Assembly: GCA_034521735.1 (NCBI GenBank) | Contig: JAXHLX010000002.1 | Span: 57,130 to 121,129 of the forward strand | Reading direction: 5' to 3' | Length of the DNA stretch: 64,000 nucleotides | Origin: Bacteroidales bacterium | Lineage (GTDB): Bacteria; Bacteroidota; Bacteroidia; Bacteroidales; VadinHA17 | Shown here: piece by piece, positions 1-10,558 of the stretch | How the letters are laid out: every line of letters begins with the position of its first letter | Position numbering within the stretch: position 1 is the stretch's first letter | Made by a program: the position numbers and the translations under genes | The notes under the pieces: model-generated | Database searches by the model: none | Told to the model about the DNA's origin: nothing | Seen by the model: only the letters and a program-made list of their open reading frames with translations

Positions 1-1326
1 AGAGGTCAAAAGCCGAGATGAATGCTGAACTGGCAGAAGAACAGAGATTTATGGCCCTGGCACAGGCGGATACAGCCCGGATGAACGCCGAAGAATCCCA
101 GAGACTGAGGATGGTATCTGTAGGCAAGACTATGGCTGTTAAATCAATACAGCTTAGTGGTGAAGGACAGCTGCAGACACTGCTGGCTTACCAGGCCTAT
201 CTTTTTAATAAACGGAACGGTGGCAGCGCTAATGATGCTGATATTTATATGGGGCTGTATAATGTTGCTAAAACACACGGGGCACTGAATTATAAAACAT
301 TTGACGGTCATTCGGGAATGGTTAACAGCATAGTGTTCCCGACCCGGTACCCGGGACTTCTTTACCTCGGGATCGGACGGGAAGGTGCTCAGGTGGAATG
401 CCGGGAGTTCTGACGGACAGCCAGACTCTGTATTTGAGGGAAATGAGATAATCGAGGTGCTGAGTACAAGCAGTGACGGTCGACTGCTGGCATGTGGCAG
501 CGACAGAGCAGTGATAAGGATAATATCTGTTTCCGGCGAGGGTGTAATGTATGAACTGACCGGTCATACGGATAAGATAAAGGCACTGGCCTTTACCCCT
601 GATAATAAGGAACTGGTGTCCTCAGGTGTCGACGGTAAAATTATTATGTGGGATATGGAGAACAGGAAACCTGAACTATTATTAACAGCTTCTGAGGCAG
701 TTAATGCTCTTGATGTGTCAGCATCGGGAAAATATCTTATTGCAGCTTCGGACAGCGGTCTGATACATTTATGGGATCTGGAGAATAAGACGGCCATTAA
801 TGCTCTTGACACCGAAAAAGGGTCAATAAGGGTTGTCCGGTTTATGGATGATAAGAGTTATGCTGTGGGTTACCAGACAGGATTGATAGAATTCTGGAAT
901 GCAGGGGAGAAAAGCAGTAATGAGTCTGTGAAAGCACACCCGGTGCGAGTGACGGACATACAGTTCAATAACGAGCTCAGACAGATGGCCAGCAGTGGTT
1001 TCGACGGACTGGTTAAAATCTGGAATTATGATGACCTTAGCGAACCTCCCATATCACTTGATGATAATGATGGCTTTGTGTCCTCCCTGTCCTTCAGCCC
1101 TGATGGCCGCTTGCTTCTTTCAGGCAGCGCAGGGAGTGTGAATAACAGGAACCTTATTGCAAGGCCAACACATGTGGATTATATGGCAAATGATATATGC
1201 AAGCTGCTAACAAGAAACTTTACGCCAGAAGAGTGGTGGAGATATGTAGGCAGGGATATTGATTATGAGAAGACCTGTAGTAAAAATGAACTCAGCATAA
1301 AAGTTCAGGAAAAGAAAGGAGATTGA
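1..1326 (+). CDS. C-terminal part of a coiled-coil + WD40-repeat beta-propeller protein (5' end outside window; one +1 frameshift near 338)
   Basis: ORFs 18..413 and 385..1326 join: GHSGMVNSIVF then, one base shifted, PGTRDFFTSGSDGKVLRW. Repeated WD40 units: GHTDKIKALAF...SSGVDGKIIMWD, AHPVRVTDIQF...SSGFDGLVKIWN. The C-terminal ICKLLTRNFTPEEW motif is typical of bacterial STAND-NTPase/WD40 proteins. Confidence 0.85.
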
Positions 1327-1349
1327 TTGCTAAGTTAAGGCATCATGAT

Positions 1350-1502
1350 ATGATTCGATCATCATGCTTGTTATTGCTTTTTGCATTTGTTTTTGCAACA
1401 GGACTGTCAGCACAGGATTGTGCGCTTAAGCTGCGTAAAGCGAAGGAACTGTTTGACGCATGCCGGCGCCATGCCTCTCAGGTTTTTTTGCTACCTTTGT
1501 GA
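1350..1502 (+). pseudogene. Truncated gene for a secreted protein (signal peptide plus about 15 mature residues)
   Basis: Manual translation MIRSSCLLLLFAFVFATGLSA/QDCALKLRKAKELFDA-CRRHASQVFLLPL*. It has a Sec signal ending in A-Q (Bacteroidota Q-rule) and then runs into the gpmI promoter region after about 1460. Confidence 0.6.
1492..1499 (+). promoter_or_regulatory. Bacteroidota housekeeping promoter -7 element for gpmI
   Basis: TACCTTTG matches TAnnTTTG, about 70 nt upstream of the gpmI ATG. Confidence 0.6.
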
Positions 1503-1566
1503 GCTTTGATTTAAGGCTCTCAGACCTGTAAATGCAGGCCTGACTAATTTTAGAATAATTTTATAT

Positions 1567-3084
1567 ATGGATAGGAAAGTACTGTTGATGATCCTTGACG
1601 GATGGGGGATGGGTGATGGTTCAAGGTCGGATGTTATTGCAAATGTGTCTACCCCTAATATGGACGGGCTGTCTGAGAAATATCCCGTTTCAAAATTGAT
1701 GGCCTCAGGAGATAGTGTGGGATTGCCAGAGGGACAGATGGGTAATTCGGAGGTGGGACACCTGAATATTGGTGCAGGACGTGTGGTTTACCAGGACCTT
1801 GTAAAGATAAACCTTGCCATAGAGGAAGGGGATTTTATTGAGAATAAGGAGCTTGATAAAGCATTTATGTATGCACGTGAGAGCGGGAAGAAGGTTCATC
1901 TGATGGGATTGCTTTCGGACGGCGGCGTTCATTCACATATAAAGCATCTCTTTGCCCTCTGCGATATGACACAAAACTATGGATTGGGAAAGGTATTTGT
2001 TCATGCCTTTGGCGACGGCCGTGATACGGATCCTAAAAGCGGCAGTGGATACCTCAAAGAATTAACTGATCATATTGAGGGTACATCGGTGGAGCTGGCA
2101 TCTTTTGTCGGGAGATATTATGCCATGGACCGGGATACAAGATGGGAAAGGATAAAACTGGCTTATGATATGCTGACTGCCGGCAAAGGGAAGCATACCG
2201 GCAATATGGCAGAAGCACTCAGCGAATCATATGAAAGTGGTGTTACGGATGAATTTGTTAAGCCCCTGGTGCATATTGACGAATCAGGAAAGCCCATGGC
2301 CACTATTGAAGAGGGAGATGTGGTGATCTTTTTTAATTTCAGGAATGACAGGGCAAGGCAGCTTACAGAGGTGCTGACCCAGAAAGACATGCCGGAGCAT
2401 GGAATGAAGACCATAGCCCTTCACTTTTGTACTATGACGCCATATGATGCTGGATTTAAGGGTTTACATATTCTGTTTCCAAAGGACGATGTAAGGAATA
2501 CTTTAGGAGAGGTGCTGGCAAAGGCCGGTAAGACACAGTTGAGGATAGCGGAAACAGAAAAATATGCCCACGTTACCTTCTTCTTTTCAGGTGGGCGGGA
2601 GGAGAAATTCAGGAATGAGAGCAGGAGACTTATCCCATCACCTGATGTTGACACCTATGATCTGAAGCCTGAGATGAGTGCATACGAGCTTAAGGATTCA
2701 CTTATTGAAGAGATAAAAAAGGAAAGTCAGGACTTTATATGCCTTAATTTTGCCAATGGTGATATGGTTGGCCATACCGGCGTTTATGAGGCAATAAAAA
2801 AAGCCATTGCTGCAGTGGATGAATGTGTGGGTGAGGTGGTTCAACAGGCAACTGATCATGGCTATGAGATAATTATTATTGCCGATCATGGCAATGCCGA
2901 TAATGCGGTCAATGAAGATGGCAGTCCCAATACTGCCCATTCACTGAATCCTGTTCCCTGCATACTGGTGTCAGAAAGGTATAAGAAGATAGATGATGGT
3001 ATACTTGCTGATATAGCACCTACCATACTGAGCCTTATGGATATTGACATGCCGGAAGAGATGACCGGAAAACCACTTATATAA
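1567..3084 (+). CDS. gpmI: 2,3-bisphosphoglycerate-independent phosphoglycerate mutase
   Basis: 505 aa; [53 protein letters not shown] motifs. Confidence 0.97.
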   Translation: MDRKVLLMILDGWGMGDGSRSDVIANVSTPNMDGLSEKYPVSKLMASGDSVGLPEGQMGNSEVGHLNIGAGRVVYQDLVKINLAIEEGDFIENKELDKAFMYARESGKKVHLMGLLSDGGVHSHIKHLFALCDMTQNYGLGKVFVHAFGDGRDTDPKSGSGYLKELTDHIEGTSVELASFVGRYYAMDRDTRWERIKLAYDMLTAGKGKHTGNMAEALSESYESGVTDEFVKPLVHIDESGKPMATIEEGDVVIFFNFRNDRARQLTEVLTQKDMPEHGMKTIALHFCTMTPYDAGFKGLHILFPKDDVRNTLGEVLAKAGKTQLRIAETEKYAHVTFFFSGGREEKFRNESRRLIPSPDVDTYDLKPEMSAYELKDSLIEEIKKESQDFICLNFANGDMVGHTGVYEAIKKAIAAVDECVGEVVQQATDHGYEIIIIADHGNADNAVNEDGSPNTAHSLNPVPCILVSERYKKIDDGILADIAPTILSLMDIDMPEEMTGKPLI

Positions 3085-3092
3085 TTACAGCT

Positions 3093-3668
3093 ATGCTATC
3101 TCTTGGCAAAGCAATAATATCAAGTGCTGTTTTTGAAGAGAAATTTGCCTGTGACCTGAAAAAATGCAGGGGTTATTGCTGTCTTCAGGGCGACTCCGGT
3201 GCTCCGCTACTTGATGATGAAGCCGGCAAACTGGAAGAAATATGGCCTGTGATAAAACATTATATGAGGCCTGAAGGGATAAGGGCCGTTGAGGAAAAAG
3301 GCTTATCCGTGCTTGATGATGACGGCGACCTTGTAACACCCCTGATTGGTAAAGCTGAATGTGCCTATGCAGGGTATAGTGAAGGTATATACTACTGTGC
3401 TATAGAAAGAGCATGGGAGGATCAGAAGATATCATTTAGAAAGCCCATCTCATGCCACCTTTTCCCGCTGAGGGTAAAGAGATACAGGGAGTTTGATGCT
3501 GTTAATTATGAAGAAATAAAAATCTGCCGCCCTGCCCTACGGCGCGGCAAGTCCGAAAACATTCCTGTTTACCGTTTTTTGAAGGATCCGCTGATTAGGT
3601 TATATGGAAAGAAGTGGTATGAGGAGCTGTTGAGAGCTGCAGCTGATATACGCAGGAATAAAGTTTGA
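3093..3668 (+). CDS. DUF3109 family Cys-rich protein
   Basis: FACDLKKCRGYCCLQGDSGAPL, CAIERAW, KPISCHLFP motifs; follows gpmI. Confidence 0.85.
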   Translation: MLSLGKAIISSAVFEEKFACDLKKCRGYCCLQGDSGAPLLDDEAGKLEEIWPVIKHYMRPEGIRAVEEKGLSVLDDDGDLVTPLIGKAECAYAGYSEGIYYCAIERAWEDQKISFRKPISCHLFPLRVKRYREFDAVNYEEIKICRPALRRGKSENIPVYRFLKDPLIRLYGKKWYEELLRAAADIRRNKV

Positions 3669-3739
3669 AAAAGCTTGATTTGAATCCGGCATTTTTTATC
3701 TTTATTGTCCTGTAATAATTAAGTAATGAAATAATAAAT

Positions 3740-5101
3740 ATGGATACGATTAAGGATTTTATAAAGCAAAACAGGGACAGGTTCCTTGAAGAACTGTTCG
3801 AACTGATACGAATTCCTTCTGTAAGTGCTAAGGAAGAAAATAAGGATGATATGCTGAAAGCTGCTGAATATCTTAAGCACAGCCTCCTTGCAGCAGGTGC
3901 TGATAAGGCAGATATTTATCCCACGGAAGGACATCCCATACTTGTAGGCGAGAAAGTTATTGACAGCTCACTGCCTACAGTCCTTGTTTACGGTCACTAT
4001 GATGTGCAACCGGCAGAGCCGTATGATCTCTGGGACACAGAGCCGTTTGAGCCGGTTATCAGGAATGATAAGATATGGGCCAGGGGCGCAGATGATGATA
4101 AAGGCCAGCTTTTTATGCATGTTAAGGCTTTTGAATATATGGTGAAGACGGAAAGCCTGCCATGCAATGTAAAGTTTATGATAGAAGGTGAAGAAGAGAT
4201 AGGGTCAGGCAGCCTTGAGAAGTTTTGTGCCACGAACAAAGACCTGCTTCAGGCAGATGTTATACTGGTTTCGGATACTACCATGATAGCACCCGATATT
4301 CCTTCTATTACAACCGGACTGAGGGGACTCACCTATATGGAAGTTGAGCTAACAGGACCGAACAGGGACCTTCATTCAGGCCTTTATGGCGGAGCGGTGG
4401 CAAACCCATGTAATATACTCTGTGAGATGATAGCCTCTCTTACCAATGAGAAAAAGCAGATCACCATACCGGGTTTTTATGATGATGTTCTTATTGCCTC
4501 GGATAAGGAAAGGACTGAAATGGGCAAAAGACCATATAATGAAAAGGTGTATAAGGAATTGATCGATGTTGATGAGCTTATGGGAGAGGAGTCATATACA
4601 ACACATGAAAGGCTCGGTATAAGGCCATCGCTTGATGTAAACGGTATATGGGGAGGTTTTACGGATAAGGGAGCCAAGACCATACTGCCATCTAAAGCGC
4701 ATGCCAAGATATCGATGAGACTGGTGCCCGACCAGGATTCAAAAAAGATAGCCAGGATTTTTGAGGATCATTTTAAGTCCATAGCACCTGCTGGTGTGAA
4801 GGTAAAGGTTGAATACCTTCATGGCGGGCAGGCCTACGTCAGCCCTATTGACAGTAAGGAATACCTGGCAGCCAGCAAGGCCATGGAAGAGGCCTATGGC
4901 AAGAAGCCTATACCTGTGCGCAGTGGAGGTAGCATACCTATTATATCCACATTTGAGAATATACTGGGTATAAAATCCATATTGCTGGGCTTTGGTTTGG
5001 AGGAGGATGCAATCCATTCACCTAACGAGAATTACCCGCTATATAATTTCTTTAAGGGGATTGAAACAATACCTCTGTTTTATAAGTATTATACGGAATG
5101 A
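3740..5101 (+). CDS. M20 family dipeptidase
   Basis: YGHYDVQP, ARGADDDKGQ, EGEEEIGS, DLHSGLYGG, GGSIP, IHSPNE motifs. Confidence 0.92.
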   Translation: MDTIKDFIKQNRDRFLEELFELIRIPSVSAKEENKDDMLKAAEYLKHSLLAAGADKADIYPTEGHPILVGEKVIDSSLPTVLVYGHYDVQPAEPYDLWDTEPFEPVIRNDKIWARGADDDKGQLFMHVKAFEYMVKTESLPCNVKFMIEGEEEIGSGSLEKFCATNKDLLQADVILVSDTTMIAPDIPSITTGLRGLTYMEVELTGPNRDLHSGLYGGAVANPCNILCEMIASLTNEKKQITIPGFYDDVLIASDKERTEMGKRPYNEKVYKELIDVDELMGEESYTTHERLGIRPSLDVNGIWGGFTDKGAKTILPSKAHAKISMRLVPDQDSKKIARIFEDHFKSIAPAGVKVKVEYLHGGQAYVSPIDSKEYLAASKAMEEAYGKKPIPVRSGGSIPIISTFENILGIKSILLGFGLEEDAIHSPNENYPLYNFFKGIETIPLFYKYYTE

Positions 5102-5119
5102 ATTTTTAAGCCCGGTCTG

Positions 5120-6391
5120 TCAGTGTGATGGTCTGGGTTTAAGCTTTACGCTGATAAGCTCGAGCCTGGTCTCAGACACCCTGATGACCCTGGTTATATA
5201 TTTGCCTATCTCCAGTGAAGTGTTGGTTTCAGGTATTTCACCTACCCTGTCAAGCACCAGTCCGGCCAGGGTCTCATAATCATCAGAAACTGGAAGAGAC
5301 AGGCCGTAGGTTTCGTTGATATAGTCAACCTCCAGCCGGCCAGAGAAGAGATATTCATCCGGTCCTGTCTTCTTCTCTGTAAGCTCCGAGCTGTCATGCT
5401 CATCCTCTATATCACCCACTATCTCTTCAAGCACATCTTCAATGGTCACAATACCCGCTGTACCTCCGAACTCATCCACCACCAGGGCAAGCTTCTTGTT
5501 CTGCTCCACGAAGAGCTTCAGCAGTTTGTTGGCAGCCATACTTTCAGGCACTATCATCATCTTGTGCAGAGCATCGCGTATGCTGTCGGGTGAATTAAAA
5601 AGATCACGTAAGCTGAAATGACCGATAATCTTATCAATAGACTCCTCAAAGATCAGAATATTTGAGTGTCCTGAATCTATAAAGGCCTGTTTAAGGTCGT
5701 CAAGTGAGCTGTCGGCAGAAAGGGCTGATATCTCTGTTCTGGGTACCATGCAGGCTCTTACCTTCACATTTGACAGGTCAAGGGCTTTCTGGAATATCCT
5801 GATATCATGCTCTTCCAGGTCAGTATCCTGGTTTTCATCATTCACTTCGCTTACCAGGTCGTCAAGATCTATTTTACCAAAGATATTTTTACTGTTTTTA
5901 TCCTCAGGCTTATGGCCGAAGAATAATCTCAAAAGGAGGTTTGACAGTTTAATGACCAGGATGGTAAGCGGGTAGAAGAGGGTGTATACCAGTGCTGCCG
6001 GTATGCTGAATATTCTAAGTAAAAGATTGGGAGATCTTCTGAAAAATGCATTAGGCAGAAACTCAGCCAGCAGCAGTATGATCAGCGATGCAATAATTAT
6101 CTGTACCGGGAGCAGCAGGTAAGCAGTTGTTATCAGCCCGCTGAACAGTTCTTCCAGGGAAACTTTGATAAACAGCCCGAAAACCACTATTGCCAGGTAG
6201 TTGCCAATAAGCATGGTGACAATATAACGGTCCGGTTTGCGGCTGAGAAAGGCTATTATACCGGAACCGAAGCTGCCCGTTTGTTTATCAATCTCTATCC
6301 TCAGCTTATTGGCAGACACGAAAGCAGTTTCCATGCCCGAGAAGAAGGCCGAGAGTATGATAGCTGACATTATAAACAGTAACAGGTCCAT
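5120..6391 (-). CDS. HlyC/CorC (hemolysin family) CNNM-CBS-CorC membrane protein
   Basis: SAFFSGMETAF transmembrane start, MVPRTEI, VVDEFGGTAGIVTIEDVLEEIVGDIEDEHD, YETLAG. Confidence 0.92.
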   Translation of the reverse strand: MDLLLFIMSAIILSAFFSGMETAFVSANKLRIEIDKQTGSFGSGIIAFLSRKPDRYIVTMLIGNYLAIVVFGLFIKVSLEELFSGLITTAYLLLPVQIIIASLIILLLAEFLPNAFFRRSPNLLLRIFSIPAALVYTLFYPLTILVIKLSNLLLRLFFGHKPEDKNSKNIFGKIDLDDLVSEVNDENQDTDLEEHDIRIFQKALDLSNVKVRACMVPRTEISALSADSSLDDLKQAFIDSGHSNILIFEESIDKIIGHFSLRDLFNSPDSIRDALHKMMIVPESMAANKLLKLFVEQNKKLALVVDEFGGTAGIVTIEDVLEEIVGDIEDEHDSSELTEKKTGPDEYLFSGRLEVDYINETYGLSLPVSDDYETLAGLVLDRVGEIPETNTSLEIGKYITRVIRVSETRLELISVKLKPRPSH

Positions 6392-6400
6392 CTTACAAAT

Positions 6401-6589
6401 TTAATCCTTTTTACGCTGCCTGTCGCGTACATATGCCATAATAAATGCAAGTATACCCATCCCTGTAAGTATAAGGAAGCGATTGCCTTCACCGCTGATC
6501 TTATTATGTATGGCTGCAACGATGCAGAATATACCGATCACAATCCATAATATCTCAAGAGTGGTAAGTACCTTTTTATTCATCATCAA
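6401..6589 (-). CDS. Small two-helix membrane protein
   Basis: 62 aa with two hydrophobic segments and a basic tail; overlaps the lptC stop, so it lies within the operon. Confidence 0.7.
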   Translation of the reverse strand: MMMNKKVLTTLEILWIVIGIFCIVAAIHNKISGEGNRFLILTGMGILAFIMAYVRDRQRKKD

Positions 6590-7139
6590 TATATAAAGTT
6601 GCTGTTACGTTTTTAATCTTCCAGTTATCGAATTTGGTGTCTGATTCAAGGCCCTTACCCATTATTATCTGATCAAGCTGTGTTATCCGTACATATTTAT
6701 CGGTATAAATAAGGTCTTTGCCTTCATCCCAGAAGAGCAGTTCCGTTTCAAGCTTTTCGCCCTCGCGGTTTAATGCAACCACATTATCTCTGACCTCCCA
6801 TAGCTCTTTACTTTCGGTGTACCTGGCAAAGTTAGCCCTTATCTCACCTATCAGGCTGTCGCGTCCTTCATAGAAATATACTTCAATACCCTCGTCGAAG
6901 TCGGTATAGGGAACCTCCATATTGCCGTAATATTTCATCAGCGGCGCTTTCATCTCTAGCTGCAGCACTGCGGAGTCTGTATATGAGGTTTTAAAATCAT
7001 GGATTACCTGGGTAGGCAGTTCGGGCTTCAGGGAAGTGTCAATTATGCCTATTTTCTCACGGCATGAGAAAAACAATGCAGCCCCTGTTATAAGGGCTGC
7101 AATGCCTGATTTATGTAATATTCTTATCAGTTTCTTCAA
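6576..7139 (-). CDS. lptC: LPS export periplasmic protein LptC (Bacteroidota lipoprotein type)
   Basis: Lipobox-like FFSC; beta-jellyroll motifs LETELLFWD, IYTDKYVRI, GKGLESD. The likely TTG start at 7139 overlaps the upstream stop (the ORF track extends to 7181). Confidence 0.85.
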   Translation of the reverse strand: MKKLIRILHKSGIAALITGAALFFSCREKIGIIDTSLKPELPTQVIHDFKTSYTDSAVLQLEMKAPLMKYYGNMEVPYTDFDEGIEVYFYEGRDSLIGEIRANFARYTESKELWEVRDNVVALNREGEKLETELLFWDEGKDLIYTDKYVRITQLDQIIMGKGLESDTKFDNWKIKNVTATLYIDDE

Positions 7140-8467
7140 TTTTCTTTTCTGAAACGCACTGTCGTTTGCTCGTTTATCCATCCTCCCACGGTATAAGGAA
7201 CACCTTCCTCAATTATACTGACAAAGAAACAATCTTCCTTTTTGGGAAACAGCTGACGTACTGTTCTAAGGTATTCATTAACCCTTTCGCTCAGGGAGGG
7301 ATCCTTTTCCCTTGCTTTCCTGAAATAGTCGGCTGCAACCCAGTATATCATCTGGTTTTTCAGCTCATCGTCAAATATTCTTACACTTGAGTACGCATTA
7401 CCCACTATCATATATGCCGTACCGTTATCAGGGTTGGCCTCTATGGCTTTTTTAGCATAGTCACGGGCAGCCCTGTAGTCCTCTTCCTGGAGCCTCAACG
7501 AGGCCAGCTTAACATAATAAGTGGATATCATATTCTTATCCGACTCAAGTTCAACGGCCTCAAGGTAATATTCCTCGGCCCTGTCAAAATTCATCTTATC
7601 GTAGTTCATTTCAGCCAGATGATAGGCTGACTCCGCCGTTGTCTCTATCTGGTACAGATTTTCGGCTGCTGTGTAATAAAGGTCTGAATCGGTACAACCA
7701 GCATCCTCAAGCAGATCAAGCACTTTTGCCAGCAGTTCTGCATCATCTGGATTTTCGGCCACCCTGGGTGTGAACAGAGGTACCAGTCCCGCACAGGTAG
7801 CTGCTCCCCCTGCCTTGAAAAGCTTGTCGATTGTTTCCCTGGCATTTACATCGGGAGGCCTGTTTACTGCGGCTATCCTTTGATCAAGGATGTCCATTGC
7901 CATCCCGTAATTATTTATCACCTCTTCATTATCGATAATATTCTGCTCAAAAAGCATCTGGGTGGTAGCCATAAATACTGACAGAATGGTGGGGTCTGCA
8001 TTCCTGGGGTCCGTTTCAATGGCCTCTGCAAAGGTGTTATAGGCCATCTCTATAAGTTCAGGATCGCCATTGGCCAGGTTATAGTAATCAAGACCCTTAC
8101 GGCCAAGGTAATAGGCCTTCCTGTTAAAATACTTAATCCTGGCATCATATATCATCTCAATGGTGTCAATATATGCCATGTCCCTGGTTTCTTTATAGTA
8201 ATCCTTGAACATATCGATACCATGCAGGTGCATATTGCTTGATGACCTGGGACATTCGAAGAAAGCCTTGCGCCAGAATCCCAGTGCCATATCATAATTG
8301 TCCTGATCATAGTAAGTTTTATAGAGCGATAAATTCATCCTGCAATTAGCGCTGTCTTCTCCATGCCCGTACTTACTGCCGTCTTCAATTCCTTTCTGAC
8401 CAAATAATGGTAAGATAAAAAAAGAAAGGAAGATGACTGTGATCGTTTTTTGTAATCTTGCTTTCAT
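7136..8467 (-). CDS. Secreted tetratricopeptide-repeat protein
   Basis: Signal peptide, helical TPR-like repeats, C-terminal YWVAADYF and GGWINEQT motifs. Confidence 0.85.
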   Translation of the reverse strand: MKARLQKTITVIFLSFFILPLFGQKGIEDGSKYGHGEDSANCRMNLSLYKTYYDQDNYDMALGFWRKAFFECPRSSSNMHLHGIDMFKDYYKETRDMAYIDTIEMIYDARIKYFNRKAYYLGRKGLDYYNLANGDPELIEMAYNTFAEAIETDPRNADPTILSVFMATTQMLFEQNIIDNEEVINNYGMAMDILDQRIAAVNRPPDVNARETIDKLFKAGGAATCAGLVPLFTPRVAENPDDAELLAKVLDLLEDAGCTDSDLYYTAAENLYQIETTAESAYHLAEMNYDKMNFDRAEEYYLEAVELESDKNMISTYYVKLASLRLQEEDYRAARDYAKKAIEANPDNGTAYMIVGNAYSSVRIFDDELKNQMIYWVAADYFRKAREKDPSLSERVNEYLRTVRQLFPKKEDCFFVSIIEEGVPYTVGGWINEQTTVRFRKEN

Positions 8468-8481
8468 CGTAATCGGTTTTG

Positions 8482-9777
8482 TTAATTATACTTTTTCTTT
8501 AGAAACCAGTAATCATAAAAATTGAGGCTAAGGCCTACTGTCAAACTGTTTTCACTGTGTAAACCGTTTTCGAGGGAACCTCTCCTGTTAAGATATCCTG
8601 CGTGGAGGTTTATCCTTGATTTGGTTCTGTTCAGCGGTAAACCTGCTCCAAAAGTGATGCCAAATTCTTTCAGCCTTTCTCCGTTCACCACAAGGTGGCT
8701 GTTAGAGATATGACCGCCAAGGCGGTATTCCACCCTGTTAAGGTAGTTGTAGTTAGCATTTTTATCCGGAATATACTGTGCTCCGAGTCTATAGGTGGAG
8801 CTGTTTACAAGGTAATCCTCATAGTCCGGGAAAGATACCTCACCCCATTTTGTCATTATATAATCTGCGGCTAACAGGAAGACATCTTTTTTTCCGAATG
8901 ATATGCCAAAACCTATTTCCTGCGGAAGCTCAATCTTACGATTGTCATCGGATTCGTAGTTGAGGGTGTCCACTGAATAATCAGAGCCCGAATAAGGAGC
9001 ATAGCGGGCAAATATTTTTTCATATTCTGAAGTATAGGCCTGTTTCATTGAATATGATAAACCGATTGCGGCAAAATAATCATTTTTCAGTTCAGCTGAA
9101 TATTGTATACCGTAATCAAGATTATAGCCATACAACCTTATATTTTCTGAGGAAATATTGTTAAACTGATTGTTATCATCGGTAAATAAGAATAAATTAT
9201 CTCTTTCAATATTACCAAAAAGGTATGTGAAATTCACTCCAATGGAAAGGTTTTTAACAGGGCTCAGTCCCAGTCCGGCAAAAAAACTATTATAACTGCC
9301 GCTTCCCTTATGGCTGTTCTCGTATTCACCTATAAGCGGATTGTATGCCGCATCATCTTCCGTAACTGTATTTACCAGGTTGTAATAGCCGTTGGAGTAC
9401 GGGATGATGCCTGCTGCAAAGCCCATCCATTTCGTAAGCGGGAATGCCATGGCCAGGTGGTGGAAATTGATATCATCAGAGTAATACATATTATCTCCTG
9501 ACTCCAGGATATTTGCCTTGTATTCGAGACCAAAATCAAAAACAAAGGAATTGGTGTCAAGGCTGCTGTATGATGCGGGATTGAGGTAATTGATTGACAG
9601 GGGGTCTCTCAGGCCTATGCCTGTGCCTCCCATGCTGAGACTTTTCAATGCCCCCTGTGGCTCAATTAATCCGGGCCCGAACCTGCTGTAAGGGCTGTTT
9701 ACCATTTTTTGCCCGCTGGTAATCAGGGAGGGTAAGAGAAATATTGCAAGAATGAATATTTTAAGATGTCTGAGCAT
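8482..9777 (-). CDS. FadL-like outer-membrane beta-barrel protein (candidate BamG-type)
   Basis: Signal peptide, NSPYSRFG and SMGGTGIG...NPASY N-terminal motifs of FadL/PorV-like barrels, aromatic C-terminus WFLKKKYN; lies between coaX and TPR-lptC. Confidence 0.75.
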   Translation of the reverse strand: MLRHLKIFILAIFLLPSLITSGQKMVNSPYSRFGPGLIEPQGALKSLSMGGTGIGLRDPLSINYLNPASYSSLDTNSFVFDFGLEYKANILESGDNMYYSDDINFHHLAMAFPLTKWMGFAAGIIPYSNGYYNLVNTVTEDDAAYNPLIGEYENSHKGSGSYNSFFAGLGLSPVKNLSIGVNFTYLFGNIERDNLFLFTDDNNQFNNISSENIRLYGYNLDYGIQYSAELKNDYFAAIGLSYSMKQAYTSEYEKIFARYAPYSGSDYSVDTLNYESDDNRKIELPQEIGFGISFGKKDVFLLAADYIMTKWGEVSFPDYEDYLVNSSTYRLGAQYIPDKNANYNYLNRVEYRLGGHISNSHLVVNGERLKEFGITFGAGLPLNRTKSRINLHAGYLNRRGSLENGLHSENSLTVGLSLNFYDYWFLKKKYN

Positions 9778-10492
9778 TATAGTTCAAAATATAGTTTAGT
9801 CCGTCAATAACAAGGTCGGGAATAAGTTCATGGCTGCTGTCTGTGTTAGCTGCCAGAAATTCTCCGTCTCCGCCTGTAAAAATTATCTTCAGGTCTTTAT
9901 AATCATTTTTCAAAGTGCGAATATAGTCATTTATTTCAAAAATCAAGCCTGATTGAACACCTGATCTTATCGACTCTTCTGTGTTAAGTCCAAGATTACC
10001 AAATGAATCGCTTTTACTTACAAGGGGGAGCCTCGCAGTGTAGTCGTGCAGCGACCTGAATCTCATCTGTAAACCGGGTGATATATTGCCTCCAAGATAT
10101 ACATTGTCTGAACCAAGCAGATCTATTGTTACAGCTGTTCCTGCATCAATTACAAGAACGTTAGCTCCCCTGAACATATTATGTGCGGCTGCCACTGCGG
10201 CTATACGGTCGCTGCCCAGTGTTTCCGGGCTGTCATAGCGTAAATAAAAGGGCAGAGGGGTGTTATGGCTCAGCAGATGAGCTTCAATACCGGCTTTTAC
10301 CAGCACCTGCACAAACCGGGGGTCATCTTTGTGTACACTGCTGATCATAGCCCTTTTTACAGGGAAACGGGAAATAATATTTTCCAGCTCAGTTGTATCA
10401 TCAGTGCCGGAAGAAGATATATATTCTTTCTTATCCGCGCTGTACACGCCTGTTTTGCATGATGAGTTGCCTATGTCAATTGCGAGATTCAT
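9761..10492 (-). CDS. coaX: Type III pantothenate kinase
   Basis: AIDIGNS, TLGSDR, IDAGTAVT, GGNISPG, TGGDG motifs. Confidence 0.95.
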   Translation of the reverse strand: MNLAIDIGNSSCKTGVYSADKKEYISSSGTDDTTELENIISRFPVKRAMISSVHKDDPRFVQVLVKAGIEAHLLSHNTPLPFYLRYDSPETLGSDRIAAVAAAHNMFRGANVLVIDAGTAVTIDLLGSDNVYLGGNISPGLQMRFRSLHDYTARLPLVSKSDSFGNLGLNTEESIRSGVQSGLIFEINDYIRTLKNDYKDLKIIFTGGDGEFLAANTDSSHELIPDLVIDGLNYILNYNAQTS

Positions 10493-10558
10493 AAATCCGT
10501 GTTAAAATTATGAAAAAACGGGCTTTAAAAGGCATTGTAGTTCATCTTTAATATTTCT

